Assembly: GCF_001945605.1 (NCBI RefSeq)
Contig: NZ_MPKA01000044.1
Location: forward strand, 120,001 to 152,000
Origin: Dubosiella newyorkensis
Lineage (GTDB): Bacteria; Bacillota_I; Bacilli_A; Erysipelotrichales; Erysipelotrichaceae
Length of the DNA stretch: 32,000 nt
Direction of reading: 5' to 3'
Shown: positions 9,166 to 19,366 of the stretch, piece by piece
How the letters are laid out: each line of letters opens with the position of its first letter
Numbering within the stretch: the stretch's first letter is position 1
Notes under the pieces: model-generated
Told to the model about the DNA's origin: nothing
The model's input: only the letters and a program-made list of their open reading frames with translations
Databases searched by the model: none
Program-made: the position numbers and the translations under genes

Positions 9166-10873
9166 ATCTATTTTTAAACTATTTGGAATGTCGGCGCTCG
9201 TGTTGAGCGCGATCTTGGGAGGTCTTTCGATCGCGGATCGTCCGCTTGTGCTAGAAGCCCATGCGCTTTCTCGTGAACAAGAAAAAGGGGTCCATCTTCT
9301 AGGAGATGGTCCTGCTTCGATCTTGATCAAAGGGAATGCAGAGCAGTCTTTATTGAACAAGTCGTTTAGGGTCTATCAGCTGTTTCACGCGGAAAATTCA
9401 CAGAATCAAGATTCGATCAATTATTCATGGAATCTAGATACGAAAGCGGCGATTCAAAAGCTAGTTGGTCAAGCCTTGAACAAAGCGGCCGACCAAGTCC
9501 ATGAATACGAGGCGATCGACTATATTCAATCGCTCAACAATGAAGGGCATTATGCGGATTTTCGATATTTTATGGAAACGCTGCGCACAGAATTGAATGC
9601 GACTTCCAAATCGGTGCGCAACGTTACGATCGAGAGCGTGGATGAGAACAACCAAGCGCGCTTGGAAGGATTACCTTTTGGGTATTATTTGCTGGATGAG
9701 ACATCGTCTTCTGGAACGCATTCGGCTAACTCCTTATGTATGGTAAGCACAGCCAATCCGACAAGCGAGATCCATATCAAATCGGATTATCCAGAATTGA
9801 TCAAAAAGATCTTTGAGGACGATCAAAACGTTGGCTGGAATGATATAGGAGATCATGAGATCGGACAAAGCATTCCATATAAATTTGAGTCGCGGATCCC
9901 CGATCTGAATGGGTATACGACATATACGGTCCAGTTTCAAGATCGGATGGACGAAGCCTTAGATTTTGATCCATCGTCTATAGAGGTCAAGATTGGCGAT
10001 TATACGCTTCAAAAGGGAGAATGGGTCTTAGAGCAAAATGTGGATGGCGATTCGTTCCGGATCACGATCCCGGATTTGAAGGCGATCGTGGATCGGGAAT
10101 TTGCTTCGGGTCTAGATGGTGAAAATGGTCATAACGAATATGGACAAAAGCTGCAGCTCTTTTATCGGGCTTCTTTGAACGCAAAAGCGATCGATCGTGG
10201 TCTTGAGGGGATCGAGAATCATGTTCGTCTCGTATATACGAATGATCCAGATTCGAATAATGCGCAAGGATGGGGAAGCACGCCATGGGATAGTGTCGTT
10301 TCCTATACTTATCACATTCAAGGAAAAAAGGTCAATGAAAAGGATCGTCCTTTAGAGGGGGCTTCGTTCTTGTTGTTTGAGGATGCGGCCTGCACGCGGC
10401 AAGTCTATGTCGAGAAGGATGGCGAGCGTTTCATCGTTTCCCAAGAGGCCAATGATCAAAGCATCCAGAGCGGAGCGAATGGTGATTTTTTGATCGGGGG
10501 ACTGGACCAAGGCACGTATTATTTGAAGGAGATCAAGGCACCAGAAGGGTATCGTCAGCTTCTTGATCCGATCGAGATCGAGATCAAGCCAACATTTGTA
10601 GCGGATCGAAATAAGTATACTGCGCAAGGAGAGGGATTGTTGGATCTAAGCGCGGGCGCTAAGATCAAGACGTTTTATAGCGGACTCTTGAATGAGGAGG
10701 CTCAAGATCTCTTGGTCGATGTATCTCAGACGAAAATTGGACTTTCCATCGTCAATAAAGCGGGAATCTTGCTTCCGTATACGGGCTCGTATTTGACATT
10801 AGGAATGATCGTTTTTGGATGTGGCTTGTCTCTTCTAGCCTACAAAACGATCAAGAAGCATGAAAAAGAATAA
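9158..10873 (+). CDS. LPXTG-anchored isopeptide-forming major (shaft) pilin
   Basis: Signal peptide MNKSIFKLFGMSALVLSAILGG. K...N isopeptide-domain hallmarks (PELIKKIFEDD...GDHEIGQSIPYKFESRIP ... NHVRLVYTNDPDS). E-box YYLKEIKAPEGY. Sorting signal LPYTG plus TM plus KKHEKE. ATG 9158 overlaps the upstream stop (ATGAATAA). Confidence 0.8.
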   Translation: MNKSIFKLFGMSALVLSAILGGLSIADRPLVLEAHALSREQEKGVHLLGDGPASILIKGNAEQSLLNKSFRVYQLFHAENSQNQDSINYSWNLDTKAAIQKLVGQALNKAADQVHEYEAIDYIQSLNNEGHYADFRYFMETLRTELNATSKSVRNVTIESVDENNQARLEGLPFGYYLLDETSSSGTHSANSLCMVSTANPTSEIHIKSDYPELIKKIFEDDQNVGWNDIGDHEIGQSIPYKFESRIPDLNGYTTYTVQFQDRMDEALDFDPSSIEVKIGDYTLQKGEWVLEQNVDGDSFRITIPDLKAIVDREFASGLDGENGHNEYGQKLQLFYRASLNAKAIDRGLEGIENHVRLVYTNDPDSNNAQGWGSTPWDSVVSYTYHIQGKKVNEKDRPLEGASFLLFEDAACTRQVYVEKDGERFIVSQEANDQSIQSGANGDFLIGGLDQGTYYLKEIKAPEGYRQLLDPIEIEIKPTFVADRNKYTAQGEGLLDLSAGAKIKTFYSGLLNEEAQDLLVDVSQTKIGLSIVNKAGILLPYTGSYLTLGMIVFGCGLSLLAYKTIKKHEKE

Positions 10874-11648
10874 TGTGTTTTGGCGTTTTGTGTTCGGAGC
10901 GGGTGTTGTTTGTGCATTTTTGCCGCTCATGGGGGCTTGGGAAGAGGGGATACGCGCAAACGAGTCGATTCAAGGCTACGAGAAGGCGGTAGAGAGTTTG
11001 AATGAGGCCTCGATCGATGAAAATTGGCAGTTGTTGGAGGCGTATAATGAATCGTTGCGTTCGAATCTTTCTTGGATGGAGTATGAAAAAGTCAAAGAGC
11101 ATTTTTTGCCCTCCGATATTATTGGGTATTTGTCGATTCCTTCGATCGAAGTACGGTTGCCGATTTTTTTAGGGAGCGAAGAAGAGCATTTAAAAGAGGG
11201 CGTAGGTCATGTGGCGAGAAGTTCGCTTCCTGTTGGGGGCGTTTCGAGTCGAGCGCTGTTGACAGGGCATAGCGGTCTAGCGAATGGGCGTTTATTTTCG
11301 CGCTTGGACGAACTGGAAAGAGGAGATTTCTTTTTGATCAATGTGCTTGGTCGAGAGCTGGCTTATCAAGTGGAGAGGACCGAGATGATCTTGCCGCAAG
11401 AAGTGGAGCGCTTAAACATCGAAGAGGGGCGTGATCTTGTGTCGTTGATCACGTGCGCGCCTTTTGGGATCAATACGCATCGTTTGATCGTGACAGGAGA
11501 GCGGGTAGAAGAAGAGAATCGGGCGATCTTGCTGGAGAGAGAGGTCGTTAAAGTTCCTTCTTGGAGAGCGTTGGTCTTGTCGTATGGGCCTATTGGTTTG
11601 AGCATCGTCTTTGGATGGATGTGGATGAAAGGAAGAAAAAAGGGATGA
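10860..11648 (+). CDS. srtC: Class C (pilin-polymerising) sortase
   Basis: N-terminal TM; catalytic His (LLTGHSGL), Cys (SLITCAP) and Arg (HRLIVTGERV); C-terminal TM anchor plus KGRKKG, which is typical of class C. Overlaps the pilin stop by 14 nt. Confidence 0.88.
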   Translation: MKKNNVFWRFVFGAGVVCAFLPLMGAWEEGIRANESIQGYEKAVESLNEASIDENWQLLEAYNESLRSNLSWMEYEKVKEHFLPSDIIGYLSIPSIEVRLPIFLGSEEEHLKEGVGHVARSSLPVGGVSSRALLTGHSGLANGRLFSRLDELERGDFFLINVLGRELAYQVERTEMILPQEVERLNIEEGRDLVSLITCAPFGINTHRLIVTGERVEEENRAILLEREVVKVPSWRALVLSYGPIGLSIVFGWMWMKGRKKG

Positions 11649-12073
11649 AAGGATTAAAGATTTTGTTGGTGTTTTTGGGCTTGTTTGGTTTGAGTGGTTG
11701 TTTGGCGACCAAGAGTCTTTCTGTGATCACCGAGAATGGGGAAAAGGTCTGGTTTACGATGGATGTGAGCGAGAAGGATTATTCTTTACGCTATCAAGAG
11801 GATGTTTTGCAGATCGAATCGGATCGGGGCGTAGAGCTGCAGGGCGTGTTGCTGTCGATGGAGGGGTTTAAAGAGATCGTGCATCGCTTTGAAGAGGAAT
11901 TCGAGCTGGAAGAGAAGATGGAGCCGTTCGTGCATCGTTTTTATCAAGATGGCAATACGAGTTTATTCTTTTTTGAGCTTGTTCCTGATTCGTTGGGAAT
12001 GGTCATGAGCGGCGAGCAAGGTCTTTTGGAGACGCAGGAAGTGTTTTCGCGCTTGAAGATCGGCGAAGAGTAA
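11645..12073 (+). CDS. Small lipoprotein of unknown function (142 aa)
   Basis: MKGLKILLVFLGLFGLSGC carries the lipobox L-S-G-C. ATG 11645 overlaps the sortase TGA (ATGA). The ORF-track start at 11561 lies inside the sortase gene. Confidence 0.65.
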   Translation: MKGLKILLVFLGLFGLSGCLATKSLSVITENGEKVWFTMDVSEKDYSLRYQEDVLQIESDRGVELQGVLLSMEGFKEIVHRFEEEFELEEKMEPFVHRFYQDGNTSLFFFELVPDSLGMVMSGEQGLLETQEVFSRLKIGEE

Positions 12074-12083
12074 AAGCTAAGTC

Positions 12084-12112
12084 TTGCGGTGGAATAAGAA
12101 GTTTGCTATAAT
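12084..12112 (+). promoter_or_regulatory. Sigma-A-type promoter for tRNA-Ser
   Basis: -35 TTGCGG (12084-12089), 17-nt spacer, extended -10 TGcTATAAT (12104-12112). The tRNA starts about 16 nt downstream of the -10. Confidence 0.6.
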
Positions 12113-12128
12113 GAACGAGCAAATTCAT

Positions 12129-12217
12129 GCAGTCGTATCGAAGAGGCCATAACGAGCTCGACTCGAAATCGAGTTGCCCTAACAGGCACGTGGGTTCGAA
12201 TCCCACCGACTGCGCCA
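12129..12217 (+). tRNA. tRNA-Ser (anticodon CGA), CCA encoded
   Basis: I folded the cloverleaf by hand. The acceptor stem GCAGTCG/CGACTGC has 7 bp. The anticodon stem is CTCGA/TCGAG with loop CT-CGA-AA. There is a long variable arm (TGCC-CTAACA-GGCA) and a T-arm GTGGG-TTCGAAT-CCCAC. The discriminator is G, followed by CCA. Confidence 0.92.
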
Positions 12218-12228
12218 TCGTACAGATT

Positions 12229-12253
12229 AAACTCCTGAAAGGGAGTTTTTTTT
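12229..12253 (+). terminator. Rho-independent terminator after tRNA-Ser
   Basis: ACTCC-TGAAAG-GGAGT followed by T8. The flanking AA can pair with the T tract. Confidence 0.8.
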
Positions 12254-12341
12254 ATGGATCAAGAAAAACTGAAAGAAGAAACAAAGGAAATAAAAAGGCA
12301 AACCCGCGCGCACAAGCTCTTAAGTAGAGTATACTCAAAGT

Positions 12342-13514
12342 ATGGTTGGATTCTTGATTCGAAAATTTGTTAAAAATTATACAGATTATGCTTCTTCGAA
12401 AGTAAGGAGCGGTGTCGGGAAATTGCTCGGTTATGTCGGGATTTTCTTTAATTTGTTTTTGTTTATCACAAAATATATCGTGGGTGTTCTTGTCAACTCC
12501 ATTTCTATTCGCGCGGATGCGATCAACAACTTGACGGATGCGGGGAGCAATATCATTTCGATCGTGTCGTTTTATATTGCTGAAAAACCAGCGGATGAAG
12601 GACATCCGTATGGGCATGAGAGAACGGAGCAGATCACTTCGATTTTTGTTGGGATCGCGATCGCTTTTTTAGGATTCGAGACAGCGAAAGAAAGTATTGT
12701 GCATATCATTCATCCTGAGCCGATCGATTTTAAATGGAGCGCGGTCTTTGTGCTCGTCATTTCGATCGTAGTCAAGTTGTACATGTATTTTTATAATGCC
12801 CGGTATGGAAAAAGATACAATTCGACGTTGCTGATCGCGAACGCGACCGACTCAAGGAGCGATACGATCGGGACATTGGGCGTTCTTGTGGCGACGATCC
12901 TTTCTCCGATCCTTCATTTTCAGCTTGATGGCTATATGGGGCTGATCGTTTCGGGGATCATTTTATATAGCGCTTACGGATTGTTGCGAGAGGTCACGAG
13001 CAGCTTGCTGGGCGAAGCGCCGGACGCTTCGATGATCCATGATATTGCTAACGAGATCTTAAAATGCGCTCAAGTCATTTCTGTGCATGATGTGCTTGTC
13101 CACAGCTATGGGCCGAATAAGATCTATGCGACCGCACACGCGCAAGTCGATGGTCGAAAAAACATCATGGAAGTGCATGGGGATATTGATAAGATCGAGC
13201 GGAAAGTCAAAGAAGACATGGATATCAATTTAACGATCCATGTCGATCCGATCTTGTTAGACGATACGCAAACGGAAATGTATCAAACTCTTTTTGATGA
13301 AGCGATCGAGGAGGCGGGCAAAGGAGCCTGGACGATGCATGATTTTTGGATCCGTCCCCGCAAACATCGGGTGGATGTGTATTTTGATCTTGTGGTGCCT
13401 TATGAAGAAAGACGCAACGAAGAGGAGCTTTCGAATGCGATCCTTTCAGAGGTCACGATCGAAGAACCGATTTCGCTTTTTATTGAGATCGATCATCCGA
13501 TCGGACTCAAATAG
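12342..13514 (+). CDS. Cation diffusion facilitator (CDF) family metal efflux transporter
   Basis: Six predicted TM segments. Motifs SISIRADAINNLTDAGSN and HPYGHERTEQITS, plus a C-terminal cytoplasmic domain. Confidence 0.88.
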   Translation: MVGFLIRKFVKNYTDYASSKVRSGVGKLLGYVGIFFNLFLFITKYIVGVLVNSISIRADAINNLTDAGSNIISIVSFYIAEKPADEGHPYGHERTEQITSIFVGIAIAFLGFETAKESIVHIIHPEPIDFKWSAVFVLVISIVVKLYMYFYNARYGKRYNSTLLIANATDSRSDTIGTLGVLVATILSPILHFQLDGYMGLIVSGIILYSAYGLLREVTSSLLGEAPDASMIHDIANEILKCAQVISVHDVLVHSYGPNKIYATAHAQVDGRKNIMEVHGDIDKIERKVKEDMDINLTIHVDPILLDDTQTEMYQTLFDEAIEEAGKGAWTMHDFWIRPRKHRVDVYFDLVVPYEERRNEEELSNAILSEVTIEEPISLFIEIDHPIGLK

Positions 13515-14274
13515 GCAGCTCGCATTCTATAATGGTAGGGATCGACTCTACCATTTTTCTTTGTCTACGATTCAATGTGGAAGTGACAAGGACATCGATT
13601 TCATGAAAACGGCACCAAGAATAAGGGGCTCGTGCTTCAAATTTTGTATGATCGCACACGAGAACGATTTTTTTCGCTTTGTTGAGGATATGTCGTTTTA
13701 GACTCATTTCATGGGCGTTCACGGTCGTAAAACCGTTACTGTCTTTAAAGCCATCAGTTCCTACAAAGGCGATATCGATTTGGATGTTGTCGATCATTTC
13801 GGTGGCGAACAATCCATAGGTGCTGATTCCGTTTGGGTTGATAAAACCGCCGACAAAGAGAGTGTTGAGATTAAGGGCGACGCATTCATTGGCGGCCAAC
13901 AAAGAGTTCGTGACGATCGTGAGGTCTTCTTTCTTTTTTAGGATGGAAAGGCCTGGCGAAAGCGTGGAGGCCGAATCGATGAAGACGACTTCTCCGTTTT
14001 TGATCAATTTAAAGGCGTTGAAGGCGAGTTTTTGTTTTTCTTCTTGGTTTTCCAGGTTTCTTAAGGTGACGGGAGGTTCGACGTAGCCGCGGAAGACGCG
14101 GGCAGATCCGTGTTCTCTTACGATGAGTTTATTTTTTTCTAGCTCTTCGAGGTCGGTTCTTAAAGTTTCGGTGCTGACTTTCATGATCTTGGCGAGTTCG
14201 CTCGTTTTCATTTTGTCGTGTTCGGTCAATAGTTGATAGATTTCTTGTTGGCGTCTCTCTTTTTTTGTGGGCAT
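13507..14274 (-). CDS. DeoR/GlpR-family transcriptional regulator
   Basis: N-terminal HTH (RRQQEIYQLLTEHDKMKTSELAKIMKVSTETLRTDLEELE) and a C-terminal DeoR sugar-binding domain. AAGGAG RBS. The 3' end overlaps the CDF 3' end by 8 nt (convergent). Confidence 0.88.
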   Translation of the reverse strand: MPTKKERRQQEIYQLLTEHDKMKTSELAKIMKVSTETLRTDLEELEKNKLIVREHGSARVFRGYVEPPVTLRNLENQEEKQKLAFNAFKLIKNGEVVFIDSASTLSPGLSILKKKEDLTIVTNSLLAANECVALNLNTLFVGGFINPNGISTYGLFATEMIDNIQIDIAFVGTDGFKDSNGFTTVNAHEMSLKRHILNKAKKIVLVCDHTKFEARAPYSWCRFHEIDVLVTSTLNRRQRKMVESIPTIIECELPI

Positions 14275-14426
14275 GATTTCTCCTTTTTTTGATTTCCAAA
14301 ATAATTCGGCTTTATTATATTTTAAAATCCAAAGTTTTTCTTTGTTTTTTGGGGGAAAGCTAAATTTTTTGTTGTGGTTCGACCTAAAGTCTTAGATACT
14401 AAGGGCACGAAAGAGGAGGAAAAGAT

Positions 14427-14690
14427 ATGTGTGTTGTTCATTTAGAGCCTGAAGAATTCGTACAGCTTATTTTTAGAAAAAAGGTACCGATCGAAGCGCG
14501 TGTCTATCCTTTGTTTGGTATAGCGGCGCTCATCCATTTATGTCATGTAGGGAAGACCTTGTATTATATGGATCGGGTAGAAACGAATAAAGAAAATGAG
14601 ACAGAATTAAAAAGCATGGACTGCTATGAGATCCATGCTCAGTTATATCGTATGATTTGTTTAGATGAAAGATTGCGTCTTCAAGCGTAA
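14427..14690 (+). CDS. Hypothetical protein (87 aa)
   Basis: Very strong RBS (AGAGGAGGA, about 6 nt spacing). No recognisable motifs. Overlaps the pgeF 3' end by 10 nt (convergent). Confidence 0.5.
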   Translation: MCVVHLEPEEFVQLIFRKKVPIEARVYPLFGIAALIHLCHVGKTLYYMDRVETNKENETELKSMDCYEIHAQLYRMICLDERLRLQA

Positions 14691-15475
14691 ATATAGCCGA
14701 AGGTAAAGTGCTCTCCACATTGTTTGTCGTTTCGATAAGAAAAACAATCGGTGAGCTCTTTTTTTGTATCCAGGTTGGAAAGGTGGATGTTTTCTGGCTG
14801 GAATCCGTTGTTTATGAGCATTTGGGCATTCAAGCCTTGATTGTCGATCAGAGCTTTTTGAGTTGAGATCAGCTGGATAAAGGGAGTTGTATCGAGGCCG
14901 ATCCTTTTTCCCATGGCATTGATCTGTTCGACAACTTCCATGCCCACTTCTAAAGAATCTTTTAAGATCGATGGCGAAAAGAACGCTTTGGCGCGTGCAG
15001 GGTTGATCTTTTTTTCTTTGATCAGCAAAGAGACGCTCTTGTGGGTGATCGCTTGGGCCGTTCCTTTCCAGCCGGAGTGGATCGCGCAAAGGGCGGGCTT
15101 TGATTCATCGACGATCAAAATTCCTACGCAGTCGGCTGTGAAGACGCCAATAAGAACACCTGGAAGGTCGGTATAGATCGCGTCGGCATTCATGATGCTA
15201 GTGTTTTTGTCGGTGGCTCCTGCGCCGATATCTTGTTTTGTGATCATAACAAGGTGATCGGTGTGCTTTTGCCAAGGAAGCGTGAAGGAAGAAAGAGGAA
15301 TTTGGAGCTCTTTGCTTAATTGATTTCTATTTTTCATGACTTGGTCTGGATCGATGCAGACGTGAAGGGCCATATTGTTTTGCTCGGGAGCGTGCAGGTC
15401 TTTGAGCGTGACGGCGCCATAGATATTGGTGTCGATCCATTCGATGCGTTTGACTTGGTTTGTTTTCTCTTCCAT
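14681..15475 (-). CDS. pgeF: YfiH/PgeF-family (DUF152) laccase-domain protein, peptidoglycan editing factor-like
   Basis: FTADCVGILIVD and CAIHSGWKGT (family His/Cys/His hallmarks); C-terminal FSYRND. Confidence 0.85.
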   Translation of the reverse strand: MEEKTNQVKRIEWIDTNIYGAVTLKDLHAPEQNNMALHVCIDPDQVMKNRNQLSKELQIPLSSFTLPWQKHTDHLVMITKQDIGAGATDKNTSIMNADAIYTDLPGVLIGVFTADCVGILIVDESKPALCAIHSGWKGTAQAITHKSVSLLIKEKKINPARAKAFFSPSILKDSLEVGMEVVEQINAMGKRIGLDTTPFIQLISTQKALIDNQGLNAQMLINNGFQPENIHLSNLDTKKELTDCFSYRNDKQCGEHFTFGYIYA

Positions 15476-15476
15476 A

Positions 15477-15656
15477 TTATCCCTCGTTGGCTTCTTTTAA
15501 GTACGCAAAGATGTGGGCGATCTCTTCAGGATCTGTAATGGCTTTTCCATTTTCTTTAAAAAGGATTTCTTTGTTTTTGGAGAGCCATAGCTCGATCGGT
15601 CTGTTTTTGTAAGTGATCATGCCTGTTTTGCGGAAAATATCTTTTGGTTTTTTCAT
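15477..15656 (-). CDS. Small hypothetical protein (59 aa), below the ORF-track cutoff
   Basis: My hand translation is MKKPKDIFRKTGMITYKNRPIELWLSKNKEILFKENGKAITDPEEIAHIFAYLKEANEG, with no internal stops. Its TAA ends 1 nt before the pgeF ATG, and GAGGGA inside its 3' end serves as the pgeF RBS. It has no SD of its own. Confidence 0.35.
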   Translation of the reverse strand: MKKPKDIFRKTGMITYKNRPIELWLSKNKEILFKENGKAITDPEEIAHIFAYLKEANEG

Positions 15657-15783
15657 GGTCCTATTTTATCAAATTCTTAATTGATCTGCCTATGGTTTTG
15701 AGTGCTAAATTATTGAAGCATATCAATCGTAAAAAGGGGTAGGTTGTGCGAATATTAGATTGCTAGAAGATAGCACACAGCTA

Positions 15784-15811
15784 TTGACACTGCTAATGTC
15801 TGTGCTATGAT
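15784..15811 (+). promoter_or_regulatory. Sigma-A promoter of the hrcA-grpE-dnaK-dnaJ operon
   Basis: -35 TTGACA (15784-15789), 16-nt spacer, TGc-TATGAT extended -10 (15806-15811). Confidence 0.65.
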
Positions 15812-15812
15812 A

Positions 15813-15839
15813 TTAGCAGACATCGGTACTGAGTGCTAG
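15813..15839. promoter_or_regulatory. CIRCE operator (HrcA binding site)
   Basis: TTAGCAGAC-N9-GAGTGCTAG versus consensus TTAGCACTC-N9-GAGTGCTAA (15/18 matches). It sits directly between the -10 and the hrcA RBS. Confidence 0.85.
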
Positions 15840-15854
15840 AGAGGAGCTGACAAT

Positions 15855-16884
15855 ATGGAATTGACCCAACGTCAACGGATCATTTTCAAAAAGGTCGTGG
15901 AACGATTCACATATTGCGCAGAACCGGTTGGCTCAAAAGTCTTAATGGAGCTTCTTGATTTTCCGGTATCCTCGGCGACGATCCGAAACGAAATGGCTAC
16001 GCTTGAAAAGCTTGGCTTATTAGAGAAGACGCATACTTCGAGCGGGCGGATCCCGAGTAAATTTGGGTATCGCTATTATGTGGAGAATTTGATGGAGACT
16101 TCTTTAGAGGCTCCGATCAAAGCTTCGTTGCAGAGTGTGTTTTCTCAACGCCACTATTCTCTTGATGAAATCGTGGAAAAGAGCTGCAGCATATTGAGCG
16201 AGATGACGAATTTAACAAGCATCGTTCTTGGGCCCGATTCGACGCACCAAGTTCTTGTGAACATTCAATTGATCCCGATCAATGCAAAGAGCGCGGTAGC
16301 GATCTTCGTGACGGATTCAGGTCATACGGAAAGCAAGACTTTTCACTTCGATGAAGCTGTGTCTCTCGAAGATTTGAGAAACTGTACGTCTTTGATGAAT
16401 GATCATCTAGTGGGGGTCCCGATCAGCGACATCCTTGATAAGATGCAGGAAATCAAGTCGTTGATGGCAGCTAAACTCGTTCGTCATGAAGTGCTTTTCG
16501 AGGCGTTTACGGAAGCGTTTATGAAATTCGCAAGCGAAAAGGTCGTTGTTTCTGGTCAAAGCAATATGCTTTATCAGCCAGAATTCAGCGATATCGATAA
16601 ACTGAAGCGGTTGATGCGGATCTTGGAAAATAGTCATCTTTTTAAAGAATGGGCTCAACAAGGAAGCAATCAAGCGATTCCGATCGGAACGCGGAACGAA
16701 TTGATCCAGATTGGTGATTGTTCGGTCATAACCGCGAAATTTCATTACAACGATTTAGAGGAGGGGCAGCTCATGGTGGTTGGTCCGAATCGAATGCAGT
16801 ACTCCAAGGTCATCGCTTTAATGGATTACATGTCGGATGTGATCGAAGGCGTATTTGGAGTGCATGAAGAAGGAGATGCGAGTG

Positions 16885-16901
<17 letters not shown>
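15855..16901 (+). CDS. hrcA: Heat-inducible transcription repressor HrcA
   Basis: N-terminal wHTH (VGSKVLMELLDFPVSSATIRNEMATLEKLGLLEKTHTSSGRIPS), typical length and operon context. Confidence 0.93.
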
Positions 16902-19285
<2,384 letters not shown>

Positions 19286-19311
19286 AATAGATTCGTTACA
19301 TGCAAATCAAT

Positions 19312-19344
19312 AAGATAAGAAGTTCTTCGGGACTTCTTTATCTT
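19312..19344 (+). other. Intercistronic stem-loop between dnaK and dnaJ
   Basis: AAGATAAGAAGT-TCTTCGGG-ACTTCTTTATCTT forms a stem of about 12 bp with one bulge. No U-tract follows, so it may be an attenuator, processing or stabiliser element. Confidence 0.5.
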
Positions 19345-19366
19345 GTATTAGAGAGGGAGGGATAGC

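Noticed and set aside
6480-12253. Pilus cluster as a tRNA-Ser-integrated genomic island
   Set aside because: The cluster lies upstream (5') of the tRNA rather than at its 3' end. I could see no integrase, no direct repeat of the tRNA 3' end and no obvious compositional break.
12254-12373. 39-aa ORF (MDQEKLKEETKEIKRQ...) between the tRNA terminator and the CDF gene
   Set aside because: Its ATG sits directly on the terminator T-tract with no RBS. It is out of frame with the CDF start, overlaps it, and is not an N-terminal extension of the transporter.
15682-15708. Second CIRCE element upstream of the hrcA promoter (perfect GAGTGCTAA at 15700-15708)
   Set aside because: Only one half-site is good. 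The partner 9-mer at the required N9 spacing (TGATCTGCC) matches the consensus at about 4/9 positions, so this is not a functional inverted repeat by sequence.
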